Positions 31,228 through 41,134 of a stretch of 64,000 nt of DNA are shown here, one piece after another. This DNA is from Cyanophyceae cyanobacterium. GTDB taxonomy: Bacteria > Cyanobacteriota > Cyanobacteriia > Cyanobacteriales > Laspinemataceae. The translations under genes and the position numbers were made by a program. The stretch covers positions 32,001 to 96,000 of the forward strand of contig JBBQFN010000010.1 in NCBI GenBank assembly GCA_038321985.1, given 5' to 3'. Positions within the stretch are counted from its first letter, which is position 1; every line of letters starts with the position of its first letter. A model generated the notes under the pieces. It was not told the origin of the DNA, did not search any database, and was given only the letters and a program-made list of their open reading frames with translations.

Positions 31228-31256
31228 ATCTTAGCTTAAGATGCTACGATTGTCAA
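31228..31256 (-). promoter_or_regulatory. sigma70-type promoter TTGACA-17 bp-TAAGAT
   Basis: Reverse complement of 31251-31256 is TTGACA and of 31228-31233 is TAAGAT; spacer is exactly 17 nt. Confidence 0.7.
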
Positions 31257-31287
31257 CACATTGATCATAAATTTTTCGGGAGAAAAG

Positions 31288-31327
31288 TTTCTGGTTCCCT
31301 CACTCCCGAGTTAGAAACCGGGTTTCT
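31288..31327 (+). repeat. AGAAACCGGGTTTCT-type repeat unit; imperfect direct repeat of 31877-31915
   Basis: TTTCTGGTTCCCTCACTCCCGAGTTAGAAACCGGGTTTCT. Confidence 0.75.
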
Positions 31328-31385
31328 GCATTCTTTCCGCATGGTGCTTGCTCTCCAGCCAGTTCGCCTTGCGGCGATCGCACTT

Positions 31386-31868
31386 TCAGCGTCGTTTCAT
31401 CGTGAGCGATCCATCGCTTAGGCTTACGACCTCAAACCCGAAACGCTCATAAAGCCGCAACGCCGGATTGTCTAACGAGACACTCAAAGAAATAGATGAT
31501 TGCCCACAATCCGACGCCAACAAGTGAATGAGCAATTGTGTGCCGACGCCTTGACCCCGATATTCGGGCAACACAGCAATACTTAATTCAGGCGTGTCAT
31601 CATCCACATAACCATAACCTTTGTTCTCGCCCACGAGTAAACGTAACCAAGCCGCGCCGACAGATTGGCCCGTTGCCGCATCCCTGGCAAGAAAGCCACA
31701 ATCGCCTGCGCGCTTCTTCCAACCCCGAACATAACGCGCGAGTTCAGGAACGCGAATAACCTCACGAGGCGGCGCAGATTGCCCTTGGGGAACATGAAGT
31801 GCCTGGTACAACATTTCCCAGAGAAACAGCTTATCTTTTGATATGAGCGGTCGAATGATCCAGTTCAC
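31386..31868 (-). CDS. GNAT family acetyltransferase (probable GTG start at 31868)
   Basis: GYGYVDDDTPELSIAVLPEYRGQGVGTQL, SLSVSLDNPALRLYERFGF. Confidence 0.88.
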   Translation of the reverse strand: MNWIIRPLISKDKLFLWEMLYQALHVPQGQSAPPREVIRVPELARYVRGWKKRAGDCGFLARDAATGQSVGAAWLRLLVGENKGYGYVDDDTPELSIAVLPEYRGQGVGTQLLIHLLASDCGQSSISLSVSLDNPALRLYERFGFEVVSLSDGSLTMKRR

Positions 31869-31876
31869 AACCTTTA

Positions 31877-31966
31877 TTTCTGGTCCCCCCACCCAAAGTT
31901 AGAAACCGGTTTTCTTGCCTAAAATTCTGCCAATTTGCAAAAATCTCGGTGAGAAACCCGGTTTCT
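31877..31966. repeat. MITE-like element bounded by AGAAACC(C/G)G(G/T)TTTCT near-palindromes
   Basis: Palindromic 15-mers at 31901-31915 and 31952-31966; related inverted copy at 39117-39182. Confidence 0.75.
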
Positions 31967-31983
31967 GGTCCCCTTCAGCTAAC

Positions 31984-32919
31984 CTAAGCAGTACCGACAC
32001 CCATTTCCGGACTCATTTCCAGAGCATCTCCGATTTCTTCGCCGGTGTGATAGGCAGCGAGAATCACCTCACAAGTTTTACCCCAGGCGATCGCACCAGT
32101 AGCATCAATCCCGATCGCCCCAAAATCCCGGTTATTCCGTTCCCCCTCGGCAAACGACCGCTCAAAAGCATTTAATAACGATAACCCGTCGCTGACTCTC
32201 ACCACAATTCGAGCCGCGAGACACTCATCGATAATATCTTCCCCAATACCCGTACAACTAATCCCCGCCTTGGAATTGGCGTAATTTCCCGCAGGCATCG
32301 CCGAATCGCTGACGCGACCAATCCGCTCAAATCCTTTGCCTCCGGTAGAGGTTCCTGCGGCAATTTTTCCGTGATTGTCGAGTACCACAACGCCAATCGT
32401 TCCTCTTCCTGAGGATTCGGCCACTACATTCGCCATACTGCGGGAAAAATTATCTTTGCGTTCTTCCATCCACTCCTGCAACCGCTTATCGGTGAGTGGA
32501 TTATAGATAGGCAGTTGCAGTTCTCGCAACAATTCCGCCGAACCGAAATCGGATAACACGCGATCGGGGGAATTTTGTAAAAATAGAGCCAAATCGATGG
32601 GATTTTTGACCCGGGATACATTGATCGTCCCGCTAAACCGTTGTAACGTTCCATCCATTAACGCCGCACTCATCCGAATTTGCCCATCGGATTGCAATAC
32701 GGAACCCGTCCCCGCATTAAACCGGGGGTCGTTTTCTAGGAGTTTGCATCCGCGCACGACCGCTTCCGTGGCAGAGGCCCCTTGCATTAAGATGCCATAA
32801 ACTTCCTCTATAATATTGTGGAGGGAACTGCGGACCGCTTCAAGTCCGCCTTTATCTTTAAGAGAGCTACCCGCGCCACCGTGAATGATCAACTTGGGTT
32901 GTACCTGGCCCATTTTCAT
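31984..32919 (-). CDS. iaaA: Isoaspartyl peptidase / L-asparaginase (Ntn hydrolase)
   Basis: IIHGGAG, FNAGTGS, RG|TIGVV autoproteolysis site, GTSTGG, GRVSDS, SCTGIGE. Confidence 0.9.
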   Translation of the reverse strand: MKMGQVQPKLIIHGGAGSSLKDKGGLEAVRSSLHNIIEEVYGILMQGASATEAVVRGCKLLENDPRFNAGTGSVLQSDGQIRMSAALMDGTLQRFSGTINVSRVKNPIDLALFLQNSPDRVLSDFGSAELLRELQLPIYNPLTDKRLQEWMEERKDNFSRSMANVVAESSGRGTIGVVVLDNHGKIAAGTSTGGKGFERIGRVSDSAMPAGNYANSKAGISCTGIGEDIIDECLAARIVVRVSDGLSLLNAFERSFAEGERNNRDFGAIGIDATGAIAWGKTCEVILAAYHTGEEIGDALEMSPEMGVGTA

Positions 32920-33026
32920 GAATTCCCCCTCTGCCTTTGGGTCGGTTAATGTCCAATCTTTGATCGTAACGGAAAGGGTACCTTTTGCCAGCTACTTTTG
33001 AGAGGATTCTGGGGCGATCGCCTGAT

Positions 33027-33188
33027 TTATTCCAGCGGTTGAGCTTCGGAACGACGACGGCGACAGCGTTCCGAGCAGTATTTAACCTCATCCCAACACT
33101 CAGCCCATTTTTTTCGCCAGGTAAAGGAGCGTTGACAAACGGGGCATATTTTCTCTGGAAAGTCTGATTTAGCTCGGACTCGTCCCAT
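33027..33188 (-). CDS. DUF2256 family small Cys-rich protein
   Basis: KICPVCQRSFTWRKKWAECWDEVKYCSERCRR. Confidence 0.9.
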   Translation of the reverse strand: MGRVRAKSDFPEKICPVCQRSFTWRKKWAECWDEVKYCSERCRRRRSEAQPLE

Positions 33189-33478
33189 AGGGGTTTGTTT
33201 TCGTTGACTTTTGAGTTGTATTGTAAACAATTTTCAGGGGACGGGAAAGGCTTCCGAGAGTTAGGTCAGATTAGGCCAGCGATCGCTAGAATTTTATCTG
33301 ACCCAACTTCTCTAAAATTGCGTCATCTTTCGCACCTACCTTAAGAGGGAAATTTCTAGTTAAGTGGGGTGAAATGGGTGCAAAATGTATCCCTTGATTC
33401 AGTCTGTCGGTAGAGGGTTTTTGGCTGAAGTTTTGGTTAAATAGACTATATTGTAAAACCCAGTAAATTCGGAGAATA

Positions 33479-33727
33479 ATGATGGCTTACGAAAAAATAG
33501 AAGATTTGCCCAATGATGTAAAAGAAAAACTGCCCCAAGGTGCACAAAATATTTTTTTCACCGCCTACAATAGCGCTTCCTCTGATGGAATGAGTGACCA
33601 CGCTGCTCAAGATGTAGCCTGGAATTCGCTGCGGACTAGCTATGAAGAAGGAAGCGATGGCAAATGGCATCCCCGTCCTCAAGTTGGTGCTCATCGCAGC
33701 CCCACAGGGACTATGCCCGGAGCCTAA
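33479..33727 (+). CDS. chaB: ChaB family protein
   Basis: DLPNDVKEKLPQGAQNIFFTAYNSA...VAWNSL...DGKW. Confidence 0.85.
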   Translation: MMAYEKIEDLPNDVKEKLPQGAQNIFFTAYNSASSDGMSDHAAQDVAWNSLRTSYEEGSDGKWHPRPQVGAHRSPTGTMPGA

Positions 33728-33791
33728 ACTCAGGGTTTGCATCTTGTAACCCATTGATGCGATCGCAGATTGCAAATAAAAGTTACTAAAG

Positions 33792-33820
33792 AAAGGACAC
33801 GGTAATACCGTGTCCTTTTT
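33792..33820 (+). terminator. Terminator-like hairpin after chaB
   Basis: AAAGGACACGGT-AAT-ACCGTGTCCTTTTT. Confidence 0.65.
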
Positions 33821-33993
33821 CGCAGTTTTGTAGGCCTGTTTAAATTATTCCAGTCCGAGAATTGAGGAAAGAGAGCATCTGATTTATCTACTGTAGCGAT
33901 GCTCCCATTTCCTGAAGGAATTACTCCATTTATTTAGGCTTGCTCTATCCAGGTCTAATGCTGAGGATTTAGGGAAATTTTATTGATAAACCC

Positions 33994-34428
33994 TTACAAT
34001 AATCCCTGAGCCATAAACTTTAAAAAGATTTGCTGATGAGGGCTTCCGAGAGGGCGGACTTCACCCGCTTTTTCAGAAAAGCGACTGCCTCGCCGAATAT
34101 CTTCAGGGGTCCAAAATCCCATGTCCCATCCTTCATGAAGAACCAACTCCCGGATATCTACAGTAAGTGGCACATTAAAAACATGGCGCACGACTTCGGG
34201 AGTTTCAAAATAATCAAACTCTGATACCTGTTTTGCTTCGTAAGTAATTTCCTCCTGTAATTCTCGCTTCAAAGTTTCGAGGGGGAGTTCTCCAGGTTCC
34301 AGATGACCTCCGAATAAACCCCAATATCCCGGATAAACGATACCGGGGATATTATCTCGCAGTTGCAAGAGAAACTGACCCTCCTGGTGCAGAATTGCTA
34401 AGGCTACATGAACGGGTTGCTCACTCAT
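33994..34428 (-). CDS. NUDIX hydrolase
   Basis: LQLRDNIPGIVYPGYWGLFGGHLEPGE...RELQEEI Nudix box. Confidence 0.9.
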   Translation of the reverse strand: MSEQPVHVALAILHQEGQFLLQLRDNIPGIVYPGYWGLFGGHLEPGELPLETLKRELQEEITYEAKQVSEFDYFETPEVVRHVFNVPLTVDIRELVLHEGWDMGFWTPEDIRRGSRFSEKAGEVRPLGSPHQQIFLKFMAQGLL

Positions 34429-35153
34429 CGGTTATTTTTGGGGGTAAAGTTTCCATCTTTATTCTTCCCTAATATAAAAAAAGAAGGATTCTATTGTGTC
34501 CTTTTTAGAGAGAATTTTCGGTATTTTACGTCAAGGTGTTGTAGGGTTTAAATTTTCTGAACCCTCGCACCCCACAAGGGATCGCATCGCCGAGGTTAAC
34601 GTTACATTTAACAGCGAGAGAGGCTGAGTTTTCAACAGCGATCGCCCTACTTTTACTGTATCTATTTTCTAATCCGGATCGGGGTTTTCCACAATCGTAG
34701 AATCCTAAAATTATCTATTTTACCCTTAAATGAGGGGAGCCAATTCGCCCAAAACCAAGTAAAACTACTCTTGAAACTCGTGAATAAATGTTAATTTCTG
34801 CGTATTTTCCCTGAGAAATTACCCTTTGAAATTAGAAAAATTGCTCCGAATTTTAGGCGGATAATTCAAAATTCATTCCGGTAAAAATTTGGAGGCTTGA
34901 ATAATTTATTCCTCCTCTATAGGACCGTTTAAATCGTTCATGCAATCCGTTTTACGGCCACCCCCGCCAATTGTCCAAGCCCCGTAAAAGAATAGTCTAA
35001 CTGCTGTAAGCCGCGCAATATAAAGCGAGCTTCCATAAATTGGATCATTCTTTAAAGGAGTGGGAGCGTCTGATCTCCCTACTTTATTCTTTCTCGGGAG
35101 GTGACTGGGGGCATCAGAAACCTGCGTACAGTCGTTTGCTAGAGATTATTAAG

Positions 35154-37007
35154 GTGACCCAACGATTAGATTTTCTTCCGCGTCCAAACCGTCCCCACAA
35201 AACCGGGAAAATGCGGTTTTTGTTAATCGGTTTAGCGATCGCCGCCTCAATTTTAGCGGCCTCCCCTGCTGTAGCTGCTCGGTTAGACTCCTGGCGGTTT
35301 GAGCGCGATCGCAATCAACTCAGCTTTAGAACCACCGGAAGCGTGCAACCCAAGGCACAACTGCTGTCTAATCCCACCCGCTTAATTGTCGATTTACCCG
35401 GGACCACATTAGGACAGACAACAGTCCGAGAGCGTATCGGGGGAGCAATTCGGGAAATTCGGGTGGGGCAGTTCGAGCGCCAAACCAGTCGGATTGTCAT
35501 CGAACTCGCCGAAGGTTATACCCTCGACCCGGATCAAGTTCAATTTCGCGGCAGTTCCCCGAATCAGTGGACCGTACAATTACCCAGTCCACAACGAGAA
35601 GTCAGGAATGCGTCCATTCAAAACCCCCTGCCCCCTCCTCCAGCAGTGACGGGAACAAGCACCCTGTTACAAGAGATTCAGGTCCTCAATGAAGGGTTTA
35701 TTTTGCGAACCTCTGGACCCACCCCTGAAATCAACCTGCGATGGAGTACCGATCGCACCTGGGTGACCCTAGACCTTCCGGGGGTGAAACTCTCCCCAGA
35801 ACTGGCCGAACGAATGATGGCCGTTGATCGCCTCGGGGTAAACCGCTTAGAAGCGATTCAAGTCTCCGATTCCCCCCTGTTGTCCCGAGTCTTATTGAAT
35901 TTAAACGACACCACCCGCAACTGGCAAGCTCAAGTTAGCGACCTCGGCGAAGTCGTGATCTGGCCCCAAGGTGGAACACCCCCCACGACCTCTACCCTCC
36001 CCTCATTAGCCACAATTGAATCGATCAAACTGGCAGATGATGGGGCGTCCGTGGTGGTCAATAGCGATCGCCCGGTGGGATACAGTACCGAATGGGACCC
36101 CCAGACCCTCGCCTATAAAGTCACCCTATTTTCATCCCAGCTTGCCGCCTCCCCTGGGGAGTTAAGAACCGCATCTCAATCCTCCCTGTTATGGGTGCGG
36201 ACAGTTCAGGAGGACCCGGAAACCGTTGTAGTGCTGGTGCAACCGGCGGCAGGGATTCGAGTTGGAGGCACCAATCAACCCTCTGCAAAACAACTCGTGG
36301 TGCAGTTAAAACCGGAAAGCATTCCCGAGGGTCCAGTTCAGACCCCCCCAGTTTCCGTCGGCGAAAGGAGTCTACCGATCGCAGTTCCACCGCCCATCAC
36401 CCAGACTCCAGCCCCTCCCACCCAGACTCCAGCCCCTTCCACTCCCCGAGTACCAACAACCAGCCGCAGGGTCGTGGTGATTGATGCCGGACATGGAGGC
36501 TCAGACCCCGGTGCAGTAGGGATTGGCGGGTTGCGCGAGAAAGAGGTTGTCCTAGATATTTCCCGACAAGTTGGGGAAATTTTAGAGCGTAATGGAGTCA
36601 GCGTGGTGATGACACGCCAAGACGATCGCACCCTTGATTTAGCCCCACGAACCCAACTGGCAAATCGAGTCAATGCCAATTTATTTGTGAGCATTCATGC
36701 CAATGCTATTAATATGTCCCGTCCTGATGTCAATGGTTTGGAGACCTATTATTACAGTAGCGGGCAACGGTTAGCCCAGACTATTCACCAGAATATGTTG
36801 CGTTCCTTTAGCAATATGCGCGATCGCGGCGTCCGGCGAGCTAGATTTTATGTTTTGCGCCATACTAATATGCCAGCAGTTTTAGTGGAAACCGGCTTTG
36901 TCACAGGCCGCGATGATGCGCGAATGCTGGCAAATGCTAGCGAGCGATCGCGCATGGCCGAGGCGATCGCCCAAGGAATTTTACAGTATATTCAAGCCGG
37001 TCGTTAA
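35154..37007 (+). CDS. amiC: N-acetylmuramoyl-L-alanine amidase with AMIN domains (AmiC1-like); start uncertain (35148/35154/35211)
   Basis: Signal peptide, AMIN (PTRLIVDLP), IDAGHGGSDPGA, EKEV, SIHAN, LVETGF. Confidence 0.92.
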   Translation: MTQRLDFLPRPNRPHKTGKMRFLLIGLAIAASILAASPAVAARLDSWRFERDRNQLSFRTTGSVQPKAQLLSNPTRLIVDLPGTTLGQTTVRERIGGAIREIRVGQFERQTSRIVIELAEGYTLDPDQVQFRGSSPNQWTVQLPSPQREVRNASIQNPLPPPPAVTGTSTLLQEIQVLNEGFILRTSGPTPEINLRWSTDRTWVTLDLPGVKLSPELAERMMAVDRLGVNRLEAIQVSDSPLLSRVLLNLNDTTRNWQAQVSDLGEVVIWPQGGTPPTTSTLPSLATIESIKLADDGASVVVNSDRPVGYSTEWDPQTLAYKVTLFSSQLAASPGELRTASQSSLLWVRTVQEDPETVVVLVQPAAGIRVGGTNQPSAKQLVVQLKPESIPEGPVQTPPVSVGERSLPIAVPPPITQTPAPPTQTPAPSTPRVPTTSRRVVVIDAGHGGSDPGAVGIGGLREKEVVLDISRQVGEILERNGVSVVMTRQDDRTLDLAPRTQLANRVNANLFVSIHANAINMSRPDVNGLETYYYSSGQRLAQTIHQNMLRSFSNMRDRGVRRARFYVLRHTNMPAVLVETGFVTGRDDARMLANASERSRMAEAIAQGILQYIQAGR

Positions 37008-37238
37008 GATGCAAAAGAGGTAAATCGAAGGGTTGGGAAAATAAATCAGGGGTTTCATCTTTGGTAACAGCCTATGCTATACTTCTGACATTCTTAACTT
37101 TTGTTAAGATAGCTACAAATGTCATGACAATCAAGGTCCAGCTCCCCCCAGCAAACCTGCTCAAGAAACATTTAAGGGTGCAATGCTTCAAGGATAGCGA
37201 GGGAGCCTCAAATCATCTGTAGAGTCGGCAAGTAGAGT

Positions 37239-39086
37239 ATGAAAGTGACCCAATCCATCGATTTTCCCTCTCATCAAAATAGCCAATTGAGAAAAGCTAA
37301 ACTCCATAACTGGATACTCCCGAGTCTGATCAGTGCGTTTCTGTTAGCCGCTCCTCAGGCGGAAGCGGCGAGACTAGAAAATTGGCGGTTTGAGGCTGAT
37401 CGCAACCAACTTTCCTTTACCACCCTTGGCGGGGTGCAACCCACGGTTCAACTGTTTTCAAATCCAACCCGCTTAGTCATAGACCTACCCGATACGACCC
37501 TCAGGGGTCAGCGCGTGACTCAGCCGGTGGGGGGAACGATTCGCGAAATTCGCGTGGGACAACTTAATCATCAAACCAGCCGAATCGTTCTGGAATTGGC
37601 CGCTGGTTATACCCTCGACGCTCAACAAGTACAACTTGAGGGAATTTCCCCAAACCAGTGGACCGTAAAATTATCGACTCCCCAAACCTCTGGAGAGAAC
37701 ACAGCAGCGGAGTCATCCTCCCCGGACTCAGCCTCGACCCTCCCCCTAGCTGCAACCGGGGGAAACACACTCTTGCAAGAGGTGGAGATTCAAGACGAAG
37801 GCTTTATTTTTCATACGGATGGGGCCACCCCCACCGTAGACTTGAAACAGGGAGTTAATGGAACCTGGGTGAGCGTTGACTTACCGGGGGTGACCCTCTC
37901 TCCCGACATAGAACGGCGGTTTGTGAACCTTGATCGCCTGGGGGTCAATCAACTGCAATTACTGCAAGCGTCGAGTTCACCGCCATTGACTCGGGCGATT
38001 TTGACCTTAACCGGTGAAACCGATAGAAATTGGCAGGCACGAGTCGCCGATCGCGGGCAGGTCATCGTCTGGCCGGAAGGAGAAACACCGCCCACCGTAA
38101 CCGCTCAACAGAGTTCAGGTTTAGCCACAATTGAGGGGATTGAACTCGTTAACAATGAAGTAGTGGTTAGGGCCGATCGCACCCTGAATTACAAGACTGA
38201 ATGGGACCAAAAAACCCTTGCCTATCGGTTGACCCTGTACTCCTCCCACCTGGGAAATAACGTCATCCGCTTACAACCAGAACGGGGTTCCTCGGTGTTA
38301 TGGGTTCGTCCCACTCAGGAGGACCCAGAAACCGTCGTAGTTTTAGTCCAACCGGCTGCCGGAGTGCGCGTGTCTGGGGTTGAGCAACAATCCGGCGATC
38401 GCCTCGCAGTCCAGTTAGAATCCACTGAAATTGCCACCACCGATCCCAATGCTCAGTTGATTCCTATCAGCAATCCTGACTCCACCCCATCCGTATCACC
38501 GGAAAATCAGCTCCAGTCAGAGATTCTCCCCATTCCTGCTGGACGAATGGCTGTGATCATTGATGCCGGACATGGGGGAAGCGATCCTGGTGCCGTCGGT
38601 ATTGGCGGACTGCAAGAAAAAGAAGTGGTCATGGATATCTCGCGTCAAGTCTCTGAAATTCTCGAACGAGAAGGAATTACAGCAATTATGACGCGGCAGG
38701 ACGATCGCACCATTGACCTAGCACCTCGGGTCCAATTAGCTAATCGGGTGAATGCCAATCTATTTGTCAGCATTCACGCCAATGCGGTCAATGGAGCCCG
38801 TCCCGAAGTCAATGGATTAGAAACTTACTATTATGCCAGTGGTCGGAATTTAGCCCAGGCGATTCAAAATAGTATGCTCCAAGATTTCTCCTCTATGCCA
38901 AACCGGGGCGTCAAACAGGCGCGGTTCTACGTGTTGCGCCATACCAGTATGCCTGCGGCGTTGGTGGAAGTCGGGTTTGTGACGGGTGCAGAAGATGCCC
39001 AGATTTTGTCCGATGCCGCACAGCGAACCCGCATGGCTGAGGCGATCGCCCGGGGGATTTTGAACTATATTCGCACGAATCGTTAA
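37239..39086 (+). CDS. amiC: N-acetylmuramoyl-L-alanine amidase with AMIN domains (AmiC2-like tandem paralogue)
   Basis: Same architecture and Zn motifs (DAGHGG, SIHAN, LVEVGF). Confidence 0.92.
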   Translation: MKVTQSIDFPSHQNSQLRKAKLHNWILPSLISAFLLAAPQAEAARLENWRFEADRNQLSFTTLGGVQPTVQLFSNPTRLVIDLPDTTLRGQRVTQPVGGTIREIRVGQLNHQTSRIVLELAAGYTLDAQQVQLEGISPNQWTVKLSTPQTSGENTAAESSSPDSASTLPLAATGGNTLLQEVEIQDEGFIFHTDGATPTVDLKQGVNGTWVSVDLPGVTLSPDIERRFVNLDRLGVNQLQLLQASSSPPLTRAILTLTGETDRNWQARVADRGQVIVWPEGETPPTVTAQQSSGLATIEGIELVNNEVVVRADRTLNYKTEWDQKTLAYRLTLYSSHLGNNVIRLQPERGSSVLWVRPTQEDPETVVVLVQPAAGVRVSGVEQQSGDRLAVQLESTEIATTDPNAQLIPISNPDSTPSVSPENQLQSEILPIPAGRMAVIIDAGHGGSDPGAVGIGGLQEKEVVMDISRQVSEILEREGITAIMTRQDDRTIDLAPRVQLANRVNANLFVSIHANAVNGARPEVNGLETYYYASGRNLAQAIQNSMLQDFSSMPNRGVKQARFYVLRHTSMPAALVEVGFVTGAEDAQILSDAAQRTRMAEAIARGILNYIRTNR

Positions 39087-39109
39087 CCGAGGTGACTCCA
39101 CCACCCACC

Positions 39110-39223
39110 CTCTGCCAGAAATGTAGTTTCTGGCAGAGTTTGTTGCTATTTGTCACAGATTTAGGGCAGAAACCCGGTTTCTCAACACCCTCTGTGTAGG
39201 CGCGATTTGAGAATCGCCCTTAC
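39110..39223. repeat. Repeat cluster: AGAAACCCGGTTTCT MITE-like element plus a degenerate GTAG...CTAC-type REP
   Basis: Palindrome at 39110-39138, AGAAACCCGGTTTCT at 39168-39182, GTAGGCGCGATTTGAGAATCGCCCTTAC at 39196-39223. Confidence 0.7.
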
Positions 39224-39401
39224 CGATATAAAAGTAGGGAGGCGGAGGCCGCCTTAATCCCGTGAGCCTCCCCTGAGCGGGTGCGGGTTTTTACGGAGGA
39301 GAACCGGATTAAGCATGATTCTCCCCTCGGAATATTTAAGTTTCATGAAATTTACGGGTAAAAGTTTACAATAGTTACAGACATAGCAGGGAGAAACCGT
39401 A

Positions 39402-40094
39402 ATGGCTGCCAATCAGGGAGACATTGATATTGCTCCGCTTATCGATCATTCCCTACTGAATCCCGCCGCTACCCCAAAGCAGGTAGAACAGTGGTGTGAA
39501 GAAGCAGACCGATTTAAATTTGCCTCGGTTTGTGTATATCCTGCCTACGTGCGTCAAGCGACTGAGTACCTCCACGGCAAGAGTCCCAAAGTTTGCACCG
39601 TGATTGGCTTTCCCACGGGAGGCAGCACCTCAGCAACTAAGCTGTATGAAGCTCAAGAAGCCGTAGACAATGGAGCCACGGAATTAGATGTGGTGATTAA
39701 TATTGGCTGGCTCAAAGCGGGTAAAACCAACGACGTCCACGACGAGATTGCGGCAATTTGTGACAAGAGCGATCGACCCGTGAAAGCTATCCTGGAAACT
39801 AACCTGCTGACCGAGGAAGAGAAGCGAGTGGCGGCGGAGATTTGTATGGATGCTGGGGTGGCGTATTTAAAAACCTGTACTGGATTTGCTGGAGGGGCCA
39901 CTGTTGCTGACGTGGAACTGCTCAAGAAAATCGGTCGAGGACAGGTGGGAATTAAGGCATCGGGAGGGATCCGTACTGTAGATCAAGCCATTGATTTAAT
40001 TATTGCCGGCGCGACCCGTTTAGGGACTTCTTGGGGTCCTTATTTCTTGGGCTTGTCCTCCTCAGGAGATGCTGAGTCGAACGCGGACCGATAA
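39402..40094 (+). CDS. deoC: Deoxyribose-phosphate aldolase
   Basis: [43 protein letters not shown]. Confidence 0.95.
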   Translation: MAANQGDIDIAPLIDHSLLNPAATPKQVEQWCEEADRFKFASVCVYPAYVRQATEYLHGKSPKVCTVIGFPTGGSTSATKLYEAQEAVDNGATELDVVINIGWLKAGKTNDVHDEIAAICDKSDRPVKAILETNLLTEEEKRVAAEICMDAGVAYLKTCTGFAGGATVADVELLKKIGRGQVGIKASGGIRTVDQAIDLIIAGATRLGTSWGPYFLGLSSSGDAESNADR

Positions 40095-40138
40095 AGGATG
40101 GCGGCGGCCAAACCGAGGGTCCATTAACCAGACAAAAC

Positions 40139-41053
40139 ATGAGTCGAACGTACAAAGCCACAGGTATCAATCTTAAAAGCATCCCCTTGGGTGAATCCGA
40201 CCGCATCTTAACGATTTTGACGCGGGAATGTGGTTTGATTCGGGCAGTAGCACCGGGTGTTCGCCAGCCCAAATCTAAACTGGGGGGACGTGCGGGATTA
40301 TTTGTGGTCAACGAGTTAGTGATTACTCAAGGGCGATCGCTCGATCGCATCACCCAAGCGGAAACCCTGGAATCCTATCCCGGGTTAAGCAAAGACCTCG
40401 GCAAACTGACTGCCGGACAATATCTGGCTGAATTAGCACTCTGCCAAGCCCTCAGCGATCAACCCCAAGAAGAACTTTTTAGTTTACTCAGTGAACATTT
40501 AAGGCGAATTGAAGGGTTAATTATTGTAGGCGATCGCACCAGTATCGCTCAAGTTCTTCCCTTACTCACCCAGGGAGTTTATCACTTGCTGGCCCTCGGG
40601 GGAATTGCTCCCCAAGTTCATACCTGTTGCCTGACTAAACGCCCTCTCACTCCAGATTTTAAATCTTTAAACTGGCGCGTAGGGTTTAGTATTAGTGCCG
40701 GGGGAACCGTGAGTTTAGCTAATGAAAATAGTCCCTCTACTTCCCGGGTGCCAATTCCGGCTCGTACCCCATCCCCCCCGGTTCAGACTCAAGCCCTCCC
40801 CCGAAAAATTGATCGCCAATTAAATGCGGTTGAGTTAGCAATTCTCCAACAACTTACGGCTGCCGAACTTCCTCAAGAAGCCCACCTAAATTTACAGATC
40901 CAGGGCATGATGGGCGAGCGGCCATCGGTTGATCAAGTGTGGGTATCAATTGAACATCTTTTGCGGCACTATGCCCAGTATCATTACGGCCAGTCGATCC
41001 GATCTGCTACCTTAATGGACAGTTATATCCATTCTCCAATCCCCAGCTATTAA
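40139..41053 (+). CDS. recO: DNA repair protein RecO
   Basis: GESDRILTILTRECGLIRAVAPG.R.PKSKL; YLAEL. Confidence 0.93.
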   Translation: MSRTYKATGINLKSIPLGESDRILTILTRECGLIRAVAPGVRQPKSKLGGRAGLFVVNELVITQGRSLDRITQAETLESYPGLSKDLGKLTAGQYLAELALCQALSDQPQEELFSLLSEHLRRIEGLIIVGDRTSIAQVLPLLTQGVYHLLALGGIAPQVHTCCLTKRPLTPDFKSLNWRVGFSISAGGTVSLANENSPSTSRVPIPARTPSPPVQTQALPRKIDRQLNAVELAILQQLTAAELPQEAHLNLQIQGMMGERPSVDQVWVSIEHLLRHYAQYHYGQSIRSATLMDSYIHSPIPSY

Positions 41054-41134
41054 CTTTGCCGTTAATATCTGAACCTTAAACATTTCTACTCAAGATTTAA
41101 TCTCTCAAAACAGCCGATTTTACCCTTACCTATA

